From: Candidatus Methanophagaceae archaeon
GTDB lineage: Archaea; Halobacteriota; Syntropharchaeia; Alkanophagales; Methanospirareceae
Reading direction: 5' to 3'
Length of the DNA: 32,000 nt
Assembly: GCA_003194425.1 (NCBI GenBank)
Contig: PQXB01000001.1
Location: forward strand, 1,000,444 to 1,032,443
Below the pieces are notes generated by a model. It was not told the origin of the DNA, ran no database searches, and saw only the letters and a list, made by a program, of their open reading frames with translations. Position numbers and translations under genes: made by a program. Below are positions 23,369 through 31,156 of the stretch, piece by piece (positions within the stretch are counted from its first letter, which is position 1; each line of letters opens with the position of its first letter).

Positions 23369-24299
23369 AATAATGATGTTTACTGGAGGAGTGTACAAGT
23401 TCAACGAGTTGAAGGAGGTGGTAGAGGACATTGGGGGGTTCGTGCTGCAAGAGATGGTAATGCAGTCCGAGACGATGATGCATTTGGCGTTTCCAGTGGA
23501 AGAGGAGCCTAGAATTCGGGCTAAAGCGAAGGAGTTGGGAGGCAAGCTGAAGGAGTTGCCGTTGGCGGGTGCTGAAATAATGGTCGTCGTCCCGTCGCTC
23601 GGCAAACACCACGCAGTTGACCCGATGTGCGATGTAGCGGAGTTTCTGCGGCGGAACGGTGCGATTACAAATATGATTGGGCTGGCAAGAGGCGTGGGGA
23701 AGCGGATTGCACAAATGACGGCACGAGAGAAGGCGATAATCGAGGAATGCGACGCTGCGGTTTTTGTCTTCGGCAATTTCAAGGAGTGCTTGACAGAGAA
23801 GGCTGCGAGGTTGTGCAGCGGGCTTGAAGTGCCGTATTTAATTGTTGGCGGTCCGCCGGAGTCTGATTTGGCTGAGTCTGATTTGGCTGAGTCTGATTTG
23901 GGTTTGGATTTAGAAAATTATGTGGGTGGCGTAGGAAGGAGAGCAGAGCGGATGAGGCGGAAATCGGAGATTGAACTGTTAGAAAAGATGGTAGAGGCGT
24001 TGAAGGAGGTTCTGGACGAGAAGAAGCGGGAGCTGGAAGAGGACCCGTTGGCTGCTTCGCCGTTGTTCGTGAAGGAGATGATAGAGATGAATTTGCCGCC
24101 AAAGGCGGGTGAGGAGTTGCCGATTGTTATTCATCTTGACGGGCTGCGGGTGAAGGTCGGGCAGGAGGACGAGGAGCGGGTTTTGGAGATCGAGATTGGG
24201 AAGAGGCGGCTCTCGGAGATTTGCGAGATGAAAGAGTCTTTGTACTCGGGGCATTTGCTGAAGGTTCTGCCAGAAGCGGTTACGGGGTCGGTCTTTTGA
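23355..24299 (+). CDS. mmp7: methanogenesis marker protein 7 (McrC-family paralogue)
   Basis: IMVVVPSLGKHHAVDPMCDVAEFLRRNGAITNMIGLARGVG and AAVFVFGNFKECLTEKAARLCSGLEVPYLIVGGPP align by eye with McrC segments (VVVVAMSPGRRHITKPVCEI..., VIHFGNV...IPTIIVCQAP). The ~310 aa length and MYEIMMFTGGVYK N-terminus fit Mmp7 rather than McrC. Alternative start ATG 23361. Confidence 0.65.
   Translation: MKMYEIMMFTGGVYKFNELKEVVEDIGGFVLQEMVMQSETMMHLAFPVEEEPRIRAKAKELGGKLKELPLAGAEIMVVVPSLGKHHAVDPMCDVAEFLRRNGAITNMIGLARGVGKRIAQMTAREKAIIEECDAAVFVFGNFKECLTEKAARLCSGLEVPYLIVGGPPESDLAESDLAESDLGLDLENYVGGVGRRAERMRRKSEIELLEKMVEALKEVLDEKKRELEEDPLAASPLFVKEMIEMNLPPKAGEELPIVIHLDGLRVKVGQEDEERVLEIEIGKRRLSEICEMKESLYSGHLLKVLPEAVTGSVF
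23859..23903 (+). repeat. 15-bp x3 in-frame tandem repeat GAGTCTGATTTGGCT, encodes (ESDLA)n inside mmp7
   Basis: Copies at 23859 and 23874 are perfect; the copy at 23889 has one change (GGT). Confidence 0.9.
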
Positions 24300-24313
24300 G
24301 CGGCGAGAGAGAT

Positions 24314-25024
24314 TCAAAGAACAGTCGCCAAAAACATTTCCATTCCGCTGTACACCACATTTCCAACCACGACGACATCGGCGTATTTTTTCATCTCGCC
24401 CGCCCTCTCCTTTGAGTCAATTCCACCGCCGTAAAAGAGAGACGCCTCGCCGCACAACGCCTCGCTCACTCGCCGCACCAGGTTGGGGTCGCCGTAAGCA
24501 CCGCTGTATTCAAGGTAGACGATGGGAAGGCGGAGGTATTTCTCGGCGTATTCCGCGTAAGCAACGACCTCCTCGGGGGTTAGCTCGGTCTTTGATTTTG
24601 TCACTCTCGCGACCGCGGACTCTGGGTTCAAGACGATGTACGCCTCGGGCACGACCTTCTCCCATTTTATTGCTGCGTGGTTTTTGCTTTTTTCGTTTTT
24701 TATCCACTCCAAGTGCTTACCCACGACCCACTCCAAATCGCCTGCGTTGAGAACCAGCGGCACGAAGACGAAATCTACGGCTTCGTACTGAACCGCTTCG
24801 GGCGTCGCAGGCTCTAATATTTTCGGTATTTTGTAGTTTGTCAAACTGCTTATTAGTTGGGCTACGTTCTCGTCGGTGATGTTTTGAGTGCCCGAGATCA
24901 TTACTGCGTCTGTCCCGCTTTCTACGACTGCTTTTAAGTCGGCTTCCGAGATGCGTTTGTCAGGGTCGAGTTTTGTGATGTGGCTCCAGGTTTTCCAAAG
25001 GGGGAGCGTTCTTTTCTCGGGCAT
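24314..25024 (-). CDS. geranylgeranylglyceryl phosphate synthase (PcrB/GGGPS family)
   Basis: WSHITKLDPDK, DAVMISGTQNIT, PIVYLEYSGAYGDP, LFYGGGIDSKERAGEM...VVVVGNVVY are GGGPS TIM-barrel signatures. Confidence 0.85.
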   Translation of the reverse strand: MPEKRTLPLWKTWSHITKLDPDKRISEADLKAVVESGTDAVMISGTQNITDENVAQLISSLTNYKIPKILEPATPEAVQYEAVDFVFVPLVLNAGDLEWVVGKHLEWIKNEKSKNHAAIKWEKVVPEAYIVLNPESAVARVTKSKTELTPEEVVAYAEYAEKYLRLPIVYLEYSGAYGDPNLVRRVSEALCGEASLFYGGGIDSKERAGEMKKYADVVVVGNVVYSGMEMFLATVL

Positions 25025-25082
25025 CGGTTACGGTTGAAGAATCAAATCTCCAGTGGAAATGGGGGTGGGTGTGTCTCACCTT

Positions 25083-25556
25083 TCACCGCATTTTGTGCAG
25101 CAGCTCGTTGATCTTGTCGCCGTGGTAGCCGAGTTCGCCGCCCTGCTTGACGCTCCGTTTTATGCCGCGGTGCCCTTTTCTCGGCGGGTGCAGTCTGAAG
25201 AGCGGTTTAATTTTGTAGTCTCTCAAGTCCTGCATTTTTACCTCCCCCGAACACAAAGCCCGAGCGAGCTCCTTCACCGAGCCGAAAGGCGTCTTTTCCT
25301 GCAAGTACTCCTCTGTCAGCCTCTTACCTCTGCCCCCCTCTAACCTTCCTCTCAGCCTCAGCAACTCCTCAAGCGTCTCCTCCGAAATCTCGCCCCACGC
25401 AACGTAGTCCTTCACTTTCTTTACCATTCCCGCGTAGTAACCGTTCTCTTCCACCACGACGCAGTGGTTCACTCGGTGCAGTCGCAGAAGTTCTAAAGTG
25501 TGCTTTATCTCCGGCCTCACACTTACTTTTCCCCTCAACTTTATTATCGCTTGCAT
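25083..25556 (-). CDS. rpl30p: 50S ribosomal protein L30 (uL30, archaeal long form)
   Basis: MQAIIKLRGKVSVRPEIKHTLELLRLHRVNHCVVV...LHPPRKGHRGIKRSVKQGGELGYHGDKINELLHKM. Confidence 0.9.
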   Translation of the reverse strand: MQAIIKLRGKVSVRPEIKHTLELLRLHRVNHCVVVEENGYYAGMVKKVKDYVAWGEISEETLEELLRLRGRLEGGRGKRLTEEYLQEKTPFGSVKELARALCSGEVKMQDLRDYKIKPLFRLHPPRKGHRGIKRSVKQGGELGYHGDKINELLHKMR

Positions 25557-25629
25557 AGCACTTTTTCTTTTTACAAAAGAAAACCTGCACTAAAAGAAAA
25601 GAAAAAGAATTTCTTTTAAAAGACTTTCT

Positions 25630-26283
25630 TTAAGAGAAGGTTTTCATCATCGCGGTTTTCCTTAACGCGTCGTAGGTTGCCAACGCGAGGTTGAAAGTTG
25701 TCTGTGTTTTGCCTTTGGTTTTTGTCCAGACATCTTTTACGCCGGCGAATTCGAGAACTTTCTTTGGCGTCTCGCCGGCTGCCAGTCCCAGCCCCTTCGG
25801 AGCGGGTTTCAGAGTCATTTCAACGCCGCCCGCCTTCCCCAAGACCTTGAAGGGCAGAGAGTGGTTGCCGTTGCAGTCGCACTCCCACGACCCGCAGCCT
25901 CGCTGAATGTAAGCCAAGTTCAGTTCAGCGGCTCGCACAGCTTTCGTGATTGCGTTGCGGACGAGAGCGTCTTTGCCCAGCCCGATCCCCAAGTAGCCGT
26001 CTCGGTTGCCGACGATTACGCAGACTCTGAACTTTATCCGCCGTCCCGAGTCGGTCATTCTTTGCACCATATTTATGTCGAGAACCTCGTCGCTGAGGTC
26101 AGGAAGAAGAGTTTCTACGATTTGGTGCTCTTTTAGCGGGTGCCGTGACCAAAGGGCTTCTTCAATGCTTTTTATCTCGCCACTCTGCACCAACGCACCC
26201 AACTTCGTCAGTGGTTTCCAACTCGCCCTCGCCTCCTCCTCCGCTCTTCCTTTTCTTCTCTTTTTTCCTTCTTGTTTTCTCAT
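25630..26283 (-). CDS. rps5p: 30S ribosomal protein S5 (uS5)
   Basis: [81 protein letters not shown] overlaps the L18 stop (ATGA). Confidence 0.9.
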   Translation of the reverse strand: MRKQEGKKRRKGRAEEEARASWKPLTKLGALVQSGEIKSIEEALWSRHPLKEHQIVETLLPDLSDEVLDINMVQRMTDSGRRIKFRVCVIVGNRDGYLGIGLGKDALVRNAITKAVRAAELNLAYIQRGCGSWECDCNGNHSLPFKVLGKAGGVEMTLKPAPKGLGLAAGETPKKVLEFAGVKDVWTKTKGKTQTTFNLALATYDALRKTAMMKTFS

Positions 26284-26795
26284 TCTTTCCGCGTTCTCAT
26301 TATTTTCTCGCTTACTTCTTTAAAGTTGTCTTGAGAGAACCCCGAAATATGCTCGCCTCTGACACGCTCGTCGGTGGGAAAGACCGCGGAATCGTGTAGC
26401 AGCGACATTCCAGCGTCGGTAACGCCCTTTAAAGCAGCGTACACTTTAGAGCCGTGAGTGGGTGTCTGCAAGCCGAGGTCGAGAATCGCCTCGTCAAACC
26501 CCCCCTCTCTAGCCTTCCTGCCAAGCAGCAGTCCTGTTAAGTAAGCCGCGGGTGTGTTGCTTTCTCCACCTTTGTAGTCAAACTTCTTGAGCTCGGACGA
26601 GACAGCGTCCGCAACAGTTCTGTCCCCGAGCTTGTCTCTGCCTCCCAAGACCAGTTGCACGCGAATGTGTTTGTTGCTCTTTCGCACTACTACTCGTGGT
26701 TTGCCGCTGAGCAGCAGTTTCAGCCTCTTGCGGTAGTCGGTCTTGCCTTCTCTTCTCCGCCTGAACGGAACGCGGTAGGTCGGTCCTCTTGCCAT
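26280..26795 (-). CDS. rpl18p: 50S ribosomal protein L18 (uL18)
   Basis: [49 protein letters not shown]. Confidence 0.9.
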   Translation of the reverse strand: MARGPTYRVPFRRRREGKTDYRKRLKLLLSGKPRVVVRKSNKHIRVQLVLGGRDKLGDRTVADAVSSELKKFDYKGGESNTPAAYLTGLLLGRKAREGGFDEAILDLGLQTPTHGSKVYAALKGVTDAGMSLLHDSAVFPTDERVRGEHISGFSQDNFKEVSEKIMRTRKE

Positions 26796-26865
26796 TTTTC
26801 TTCTCTCCTTCTCCCCTCCTTTTCCCTGCTTTTTCTCTGCCTTCTCTCTTCCCTCTTACTTTTCG

Positions 26866-27321
26866 CTACTCTTTCTCTAACCCGTTCGCTTTAATAAACT
26901 CGGTCAAATGAGCGACGCTTCTGAACTCCCCGCCTCGCGCTTTCTTGTACAACTTGCGGTAAGCGGTTCTGTCAATTCGCTCCTCGTCGTCCCGAAGTTC
27001 CCGCAATCTTCTACGCAGGCTTCTAATCCTTGTAATCCAGAGCCGTTTCTTGCCTCTTCTCGCACCTTTAGCGCCTTTTCTCGAACCCTGCCCTTTTCTG
27101 CGACCGAAAGATTTTTTCACCGCTCTTTCTCTCGCCCGTCCTCTGCTCACCCCTTTCTTCTGCTCTTTTTTTATAAAACCGTCTGCGATTAAATCTCGAA
27201 TGTCCTCTCTCGTAATCGCTTCTGCTACCTCTGCAACAACCTCAGGGTCGATCCAGACTCGCCCCGTGCCGACCTTCAAGACCGCTGCAGCCATTCTTTT
27301 CTGCTTTGCAAGATTTGCCAT
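26866..27321 (-). CDS. rpl19e: 50S ribosomal protein L19e (eL19)
   Basis: MANLAKQKRMAAAVLKVGTGRVWIDPEVVAEVAEAITREDIRDLIADGFIKKEQKKGVSRGRARER. Confidence 0.9.
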   Translation of the reverse strand: MANLAKQKRMAAAVLKVGTGRVWIDPEVVAEVAEAITREDIRDLIADGFIKKEQKKGVSRGRARERAVKKSFGRRKGQGSRKGAKGARRGKKRLWITRIRSLRRRLRELRDDEERIDRTAYRKLYKKARGGEFRSVAHLTEFIKANGLEKE

Positions 27322-27339
27322 TGCATTTACCTGTTGCTT

Positions 27340-28647
27340 TTATTTCCTTTCGCTTGGCACTAACAAAGTGTCCAAGCCATTTTTAATTATTCCTACTTTG
27401 ACTTTAGTTTTATCTTTTATATTCTTTTCTTCCGCTTCCCGAACAGCAACCTGAGCAGAATCGTAAGCCGAAATTCCCCACGCATTCAGCAACGCAGCGT
27501 CGAGTTCCGAGACGACCGAGAGCCGAACCCGTTTCATCGCTTTTCTAATGTAAAACGCCTTGTGCCCGCCGAGCACGAAGTTCGTCCTGACCGCAGCCGC
27601 AGCCGCCTCGTAAGTGCCGTGCTCGTTCATCCACTCCTCAAAATACGCGTCCCCTACCCCTTCCCTGCACTCCGCGACCAAAATCAGCCGTCCGCCGGGA
27701 GCAACTGCGCGGTAGCAGTTCTCGACCGCCTTCGTTGCTTGATACAGATTTCGGTCTTTTGGAAACCCGCCTGCACTCACTACCAAAACGTCAAACAACT
27801 CGTTAGGCTCAAGCTCAAAGCAGAACAACTTCTTCGCGACCTCGGCACCTTTAAGAAACACGGCGTTCATTTCTCCCGCGTACGCTCCTACCAAATTCCC
27901 TGAAGCGTCGACGACTACGTTCAACACAAAATCCGGCGGTGCAAAAGACGCCGCCTCTGTCATATCTAAATGCACGGGGTTGTCTTCTAAGTTCGCGGTC
28001 CTCGCACGGTCTCTCTCGTCCGTCAGAAGTGCGTGGTTCGCATTTACTGTCTCTCGTGCTGCAATTCCGGGAAGAATGCTCTTCCGACCGCCGCCGAACC
28101 CTGCGTAGTAGTGCAGCGTTAAATCGCCAGTCAGGATTTTTAAATCCGCCTCCAAGTAAGTCCTGTTTAGACGCACGGGCGTTCCTCTGCTCGTCGTTCC
28201 CACCTGCACTAACTCTTCCCCCCCAGCGTCGCAGTCGTGAACCTTCACGCCGTTCTCACCAAACCGAGAGAAGTGCTTGCCGAGAATCCTCTTTAAATCT
28301 TCCTCTGCGGGTGCAGAGTGCGTGCCGCAGGCAACGAGCAGTGTAACGCGTCCACCTTTCCCTCCTTCTCTAATCTCCTCTGTCAAGGCGTCGAGCATTT
28401 TCTCAGTCGGGGCGTCTCGCGTGTGGTCGTCAATCACGATTACGATTTTTGCGGCTTCTTTTTGCGCTACGATTTCTCGTAACCTTTTCGTGCCGAGCGG
28501 ATTTTGGAGCGCGTGTTTTATTGCAGTTTGGTCTTCGGGTTCGGGAGTAATTTTGCTTCTGTCGCTCTCGCCCTCAAGGTCTAACACCTCTCCTGCTGTC
28601 TCTATTTTTATCGGCTTGGAGCCGTAGGGGATTTGAGTTTTCGGCAT
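27340..28647 (-). CDS. larA: LarA-family nickel-pincer (NPN) cofactor-dependent 2-hydroxyacid racemase/epimerase homologue (DUF2088)
   Basis: LVACGTHS, TLHYYAGFGGGRKSILPGIA, EDNPVHLDM correspond by eye to the His/Lys/His positions of lactate racemase LarA. 435 aa. Confidence 0.8.
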   Translation of the reverse strand: MPKTQIPYGSKPIKIETAGEVLDLEGESDRSKITPEPEDQTAIKHALQNPLGTKRLREIVAQKEAAKIVIVIDDHTRDAPTEKMLDALTEEIREGGKGGRVTLLVACGTHSAPAEEDLKRILGKHFSRFGENGVKVHDCDAGGEELVQVGTTSRGTPVRLNRTYLEADLKILTGDLTLHYYAGFGGGRKSILPGIAARETVNANHALLTDERDRARTANLEDNPVHLDMTEAASFAPPDFVLNVVVDASGNLVGAYAGEMNAVFLKGAEVAKKLFCFELEPNELFDVLVVSAGGFPKDRNLYQATKAVENCYRAVAPGGRLILVAECREGVGDAYFEEWMNEHGTYEAAAAAVRTNFVLGGHKAFYIRKAMKRVRLSVVSELDAALLNAWGISAYDSAQVAVREAEEKNIKDKTKVKVGIIKNGLDTLLVPSERK

Positions 28648-28710
28648 TGTTCTTTCTTCTTTTTACTTATTTTTCTTTCGTTTTCTCCGTCTTTAATTGT
28701 TATTTGAAAA

Positions 28711-28791
28711 GGGAAGAGATTTGAAGAGGGAAGAGAAGAGATTTGAAGAGGGAAGAGAAGAGATTTGAAGAGAGAAGAGGAAGTTCAAAGA
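28711..28791 (+). repeat. 22-bp intergenic tandem repeat GGGAAGAGAAGAGATTTGAAGA: two perfect copies flanked by a shorter and a degenerate copy
   Basis: 17-nt short copy at 28711..28727. Perfect copies at 28728..28749 and 28750..28771. Degenerate copy at 28772..28791. All lie upstream of ATG 28803. Confidence 0.9.
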
Positions 28792-28802
28792 AAGGAAGGG
28801 AA

Positions 28803-29723
28803 ATGAGTGTAGAAGTGGTTGGCTTGGGGGCCGTGAATTACGACATTTTGTACGCCGTAGAAAGAATAGCGAAGGGCGGGGAAGAGGCGGGGATTTTGGG
28901 TGTAACGAAGGAACCTGGTGGCTCGGCAGCAAACACAATCGTCGGACTGTCGAGATTGGGCGTCAGCGCGGGGTTCGTTGGGGTCGTGGGCAGCGACGAG
29001 GCAGGCTCGCAGATTTTGGCGGATTTTCGGAGAGAAGGCGTGGAGGCGAGGCTGAGAAGAGAAGAGGGAGAGACAGGAACCGCAATTGGGTTCGTTGACC
29101 CCAGAGGAGAGCGGGCACTTTATATTTTCCCCGGCGTGAACGACAGGCTCGGGCTGGCGGAGGTTGAGGCTGAGAAGGATTTTCTGTGCGGCGCGAGGTT
29201 CTTGCACACGAGTTCGTTTGTCGGGAAGGAGCAGTTAGAGGTGCAACGCGAACTGGCGAGCCGACTGCGACGGCGTCTAAAACCCTCCGTCCACCTCAGT
29301 TTCAGCCCAGGAATGCTCTGCTTCAAGCACGGGCTCGAGGACTTGGTCGAGGTGGTAGGGCGGAGTGAAGTGGTTTTTTTCAGCGCTGGCGAACTGAAGT
29401 CGTTGGTTGGCGAGAAGGAAAATTACGAGAGCAGGGCAGAGGCGATTCTGAACTGCGGTGCAAAGATTGTTTGCGTTACGCTTGGCGAGAGGGGCTGTTT
29501 TGTCGCGGGGGCAGGAGGAGAGAAACATTTAATAAACGCGGCTTCGGGAAAAGGAGTGGTGGACACGACAGGAGCAGGCGACGCGTTCGCAGCAGGCTTC
29601 TTGTTCGGCTTGCTGCACGAGGAGGGGCTTTACGAGTGCGGTAAGACAGGGAATTTGGTGGCTTCGTTCTGCATTCGCGAGTACGGCTGCAGGAGCGGGC
29701 TGCCTTACAGTCTTGAAGGGTAG
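28803..29723 (+). CDS. PfkB-family carbohydrate/nucleoside kinase (ribokinase-like)
   Basis: VVGLGAVNYDILY, GGSAANTIVGLSRLG, and the C-terminal anion-hole motif VVDTTGAGDAFAAGFLFGL. Start set at ATG 28803 (MSVEVVGLG); the track start 28743 reads through the intergenic GA repeat. Confidence 0.8.
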   Translation: MSVEVVGLGAVNYDILYAVERIAKGGEEAGILGVTKEPGGSAANTIVGLSRLGVSAGFVGVVGSDEAGSQILADFRREGVEARLRREEGETGTAIGFVDPRGERALYIFPGVNDRLGLAEVEAEKDFLCGARFLHTSSFVGKEQLEVQRELASRLRRRLKPSVHLSFSPGMLCFKHGLEDLVEVVGRSEVVFFSAGELKSLVGEKENYESRAEAILNCGAKIVCVTLGERGCFVAGAGGEKHLINAASGKGVVDTTGAGDAFAAGFLFGLLHEEGLYECGKTGNLVASFCIREYGCRSGLPYSLEG

Positions 29724-30349
29724 TTTTTTATTTTTTCGCGGAGGACGCTCAAAGCCTCTTTCTCTCTACGCCCACCGCACTTTTCAACAATTTCAGCAAA
29801 AAAACGCATCTTTTTTTTCGTCTCCTCCTTTTCCCCCTCGTCCTTCGCTCTGCCGAACCTCGTTGCCAAAATAGTGGCTTCAACCACCGCGTTAAAACCC
29901 CTGTTCACCGCTTTCACCTCTTTTCTGCTTATTTTTACCGCGACAGGAGTGAGTTGAAAAAGGGACGACTCGGTAAAAACGGTCTCGAAAATTATCCACG
30001 AACTCGCCTCGCTCAGCACAGGAAAGCCGTAGTCTGAGTCGGAGGAGGAAAAGAAGAGCGAGAACTCTGCTTCGTCCAAATTCCCTAACGCGGACTTCAC
30101 AAACAAAACGGCGTCGCTTGTTACGTTCGCCGCCAACTTGCTCGTTTCCCGCACGTTAGAAAGCGTTCTTGATCCCTCGTACAGCCGCGCAAAATAGCGG
30201 TTGCTTTCCGAAATTACGCCGACCGGGGCAGCGTTCGGCTTGCCCGACGCAGACCGCGTGGTAACAATTACTTCCGAGACGCCCTCGCCAATTCCCGCCT
30301 CGCTCAGGTCAGCAGGCTCAGCCGAGCAGCGTTCAACTCTTCTCGCCAC
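29705..30349 (-). CDS. DUF447-like split-barrel protein (family linked to methanopterin-dependent metabolism)
   Basis: GIGEGVSEVIVTTRSASGKPNAAPVGV resembles the DUF447 N-terminal pattern (E-x-I-V-T-T...N-A-A-P-M-G) as I recall it. GTG start 30349 lies 7 nt after the tRNA 3' end. The 3' end overlaps the convergent PfkB gene by 19 nt. Confidence 0.5.
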   Translation of the reverse strand: MARRVERCSAEPADLSEAGIGEGVSEVIVTTRSASGKPNAAPVGVISESNRYFARLYEGSRTLSNVRETSKLAANVTSDAVLFVKSALGNLDEAEFSLFFSSSDSDYGFPVLSEASSWIIFETVFTESSLFQLTPVAVKISRKEVKAVNRGFNAVVEATILATRFGRAKDEGEKEETKKKMRFFAEIVEKCGGRREKEALSVLREKIKNYPSRL

Positions 30350-30356
30350 TGTTAAA

Positions 30357-30429
30357 TGGGCTCGATGCGATTCGAACGCATGACCTCCGCCTCGTCAAGG
30401 CGACGTCATTCCAACTAGACCACGAGCCC
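30357..30429 (-). tRNA. tRNA-Val (anticodon GAC), no encoded CCA
   Basis: Hand-folded cloverleaf from GGGCTCGTGGTCTAGTTGGAATGACGTCGCCTTGACGAGGCGGAGGTCATGCGTTCGAATCGCATCGAGCCCA. It has a 7-bp acceptor stem, a 5-bp anticodon stem with loop TTGACGA, a 5-bp T stem with loop TTCGAAT, and discriminator A. It is followed by TTTAAC. Confidence 0.9.
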
Positions 30430-30445
30430 TTCCCTTACTACTACA

Positions 30446-30462
30446 ATTTTATAATAAAATTA
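30446..30462 (-). promoter_or_regulatory. TATA-box-like element for tRNA-Val
   Basis: Minus strand AATTTTATTATAAAAT is centred about 26 nt upstream of the tRNA 5' end (30429), the normal archaeal TATA-to-start distance. It overlaps the Yip1-family stop codon. Confidence 0.5.
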
Positions 30463-31107
30463 AAATCCAAAAAATCTCGGTCCTCTCGGTCCTGGTCCTC
30501 CTGGTCCTAGTCCTGGAAATATTCCCCCTGGCTCTGTCGCGATAAACGCAGCAAACAACGCTACGAGGACGACCGCGGGAATGACAACTGCAAGGACCAC
30601 TGCGAGAACCGCTCTTCCCGTGGACAACTCGTGAAGTTGCCTCACGCCGACAGCCTCCACGACAAGCGTCCAAATCGCTGCAACGACGCCCAAAACAGGA
30701 ATCCACCCCAACAAGAGGCTCGGTGTCTCTCCGTAAATTACCGCTTTCAGCGTCTGCTCCACGCCATTTCTACCGCCGACGAGGAAGACCCAGAGGTGGA
30801 GCCAGAGCCCGCTGATGAAGACGCTGAATGTCCATACAACGAGCGTGCAGACGAAAAAGACGACTGCGAGCAAAGGACCCGCCACTGCTGTTCCAAAAGC
30901 CATCCTAGGGGCTCCGAGCATTCCAAACATCCCCGCGTACAGCGAGAACGCAACTGCAACCAAAACCGCAAGAATCGCCGCAAAGACCGCCAGAATGACG
31001 ACGAAATACTTGAACGCGTCCCCGAGCGTGTCCTCTTTAGAGCGGTCGAAAGTCTCCGACGGACTGAACAAGAACCCCTTCACCCTCTCCCCTACGCTTA
31101 ACACCAT
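30460..31107 (-). CDS. Yip1-domain family integral membrane protein
   Basis: N-terminal VKGFLFSPSETFDRSKEDTLGDAFKYFVVILAV followed by 4-5 TM helices, typical of PF04893-type proteins. G/P-rich C-terminal tail. Confidence 0.6.
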   Translation of the reverse strand: MVLSVGERVKGFLFSPSETFDRSKEDTLGDAFKYFVVILAVFAAILAVLVAVAFSLYAGMFGMLGAPRMAFGTAVAGPLLAVVFFVCTLVVWTFSVFISGLWLHLWVFLVGGRNGVEQTLKAVIYGETPSLLLGWIPVLGVVAAIWTLVVEAVGVRQLHELSTGRAVLAVVLAVVIPAVVLVALFAAFIATEPGGIFPGLGPGGPGPRGPRFFGF

Positions 31108-31156
31108 TTTTCCCTCTCTCCAAACCTACTAAAATATTTCCTCTTTAAAATCTTTT

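Noticed and set aside
25563-25583. Hairpin TTTTCTTTT-TAC-AAAAGAAAA between S5 and L30
   Set aside because: Nine base pairs, eight of them A:T. It is unlikely to be stable in a thermophile-like host and can be explained by the A/T-rich spacer composition.
22649-28791. Tandem repeats at 22649..22702 and 28711..28791 considered as possible mini-CRISPR arrays
   Set aside because: The units are directly adjacent with no spacers, are only 18-22 bp long, are purine-only and lack dyad symmetry. No cas genes are present.
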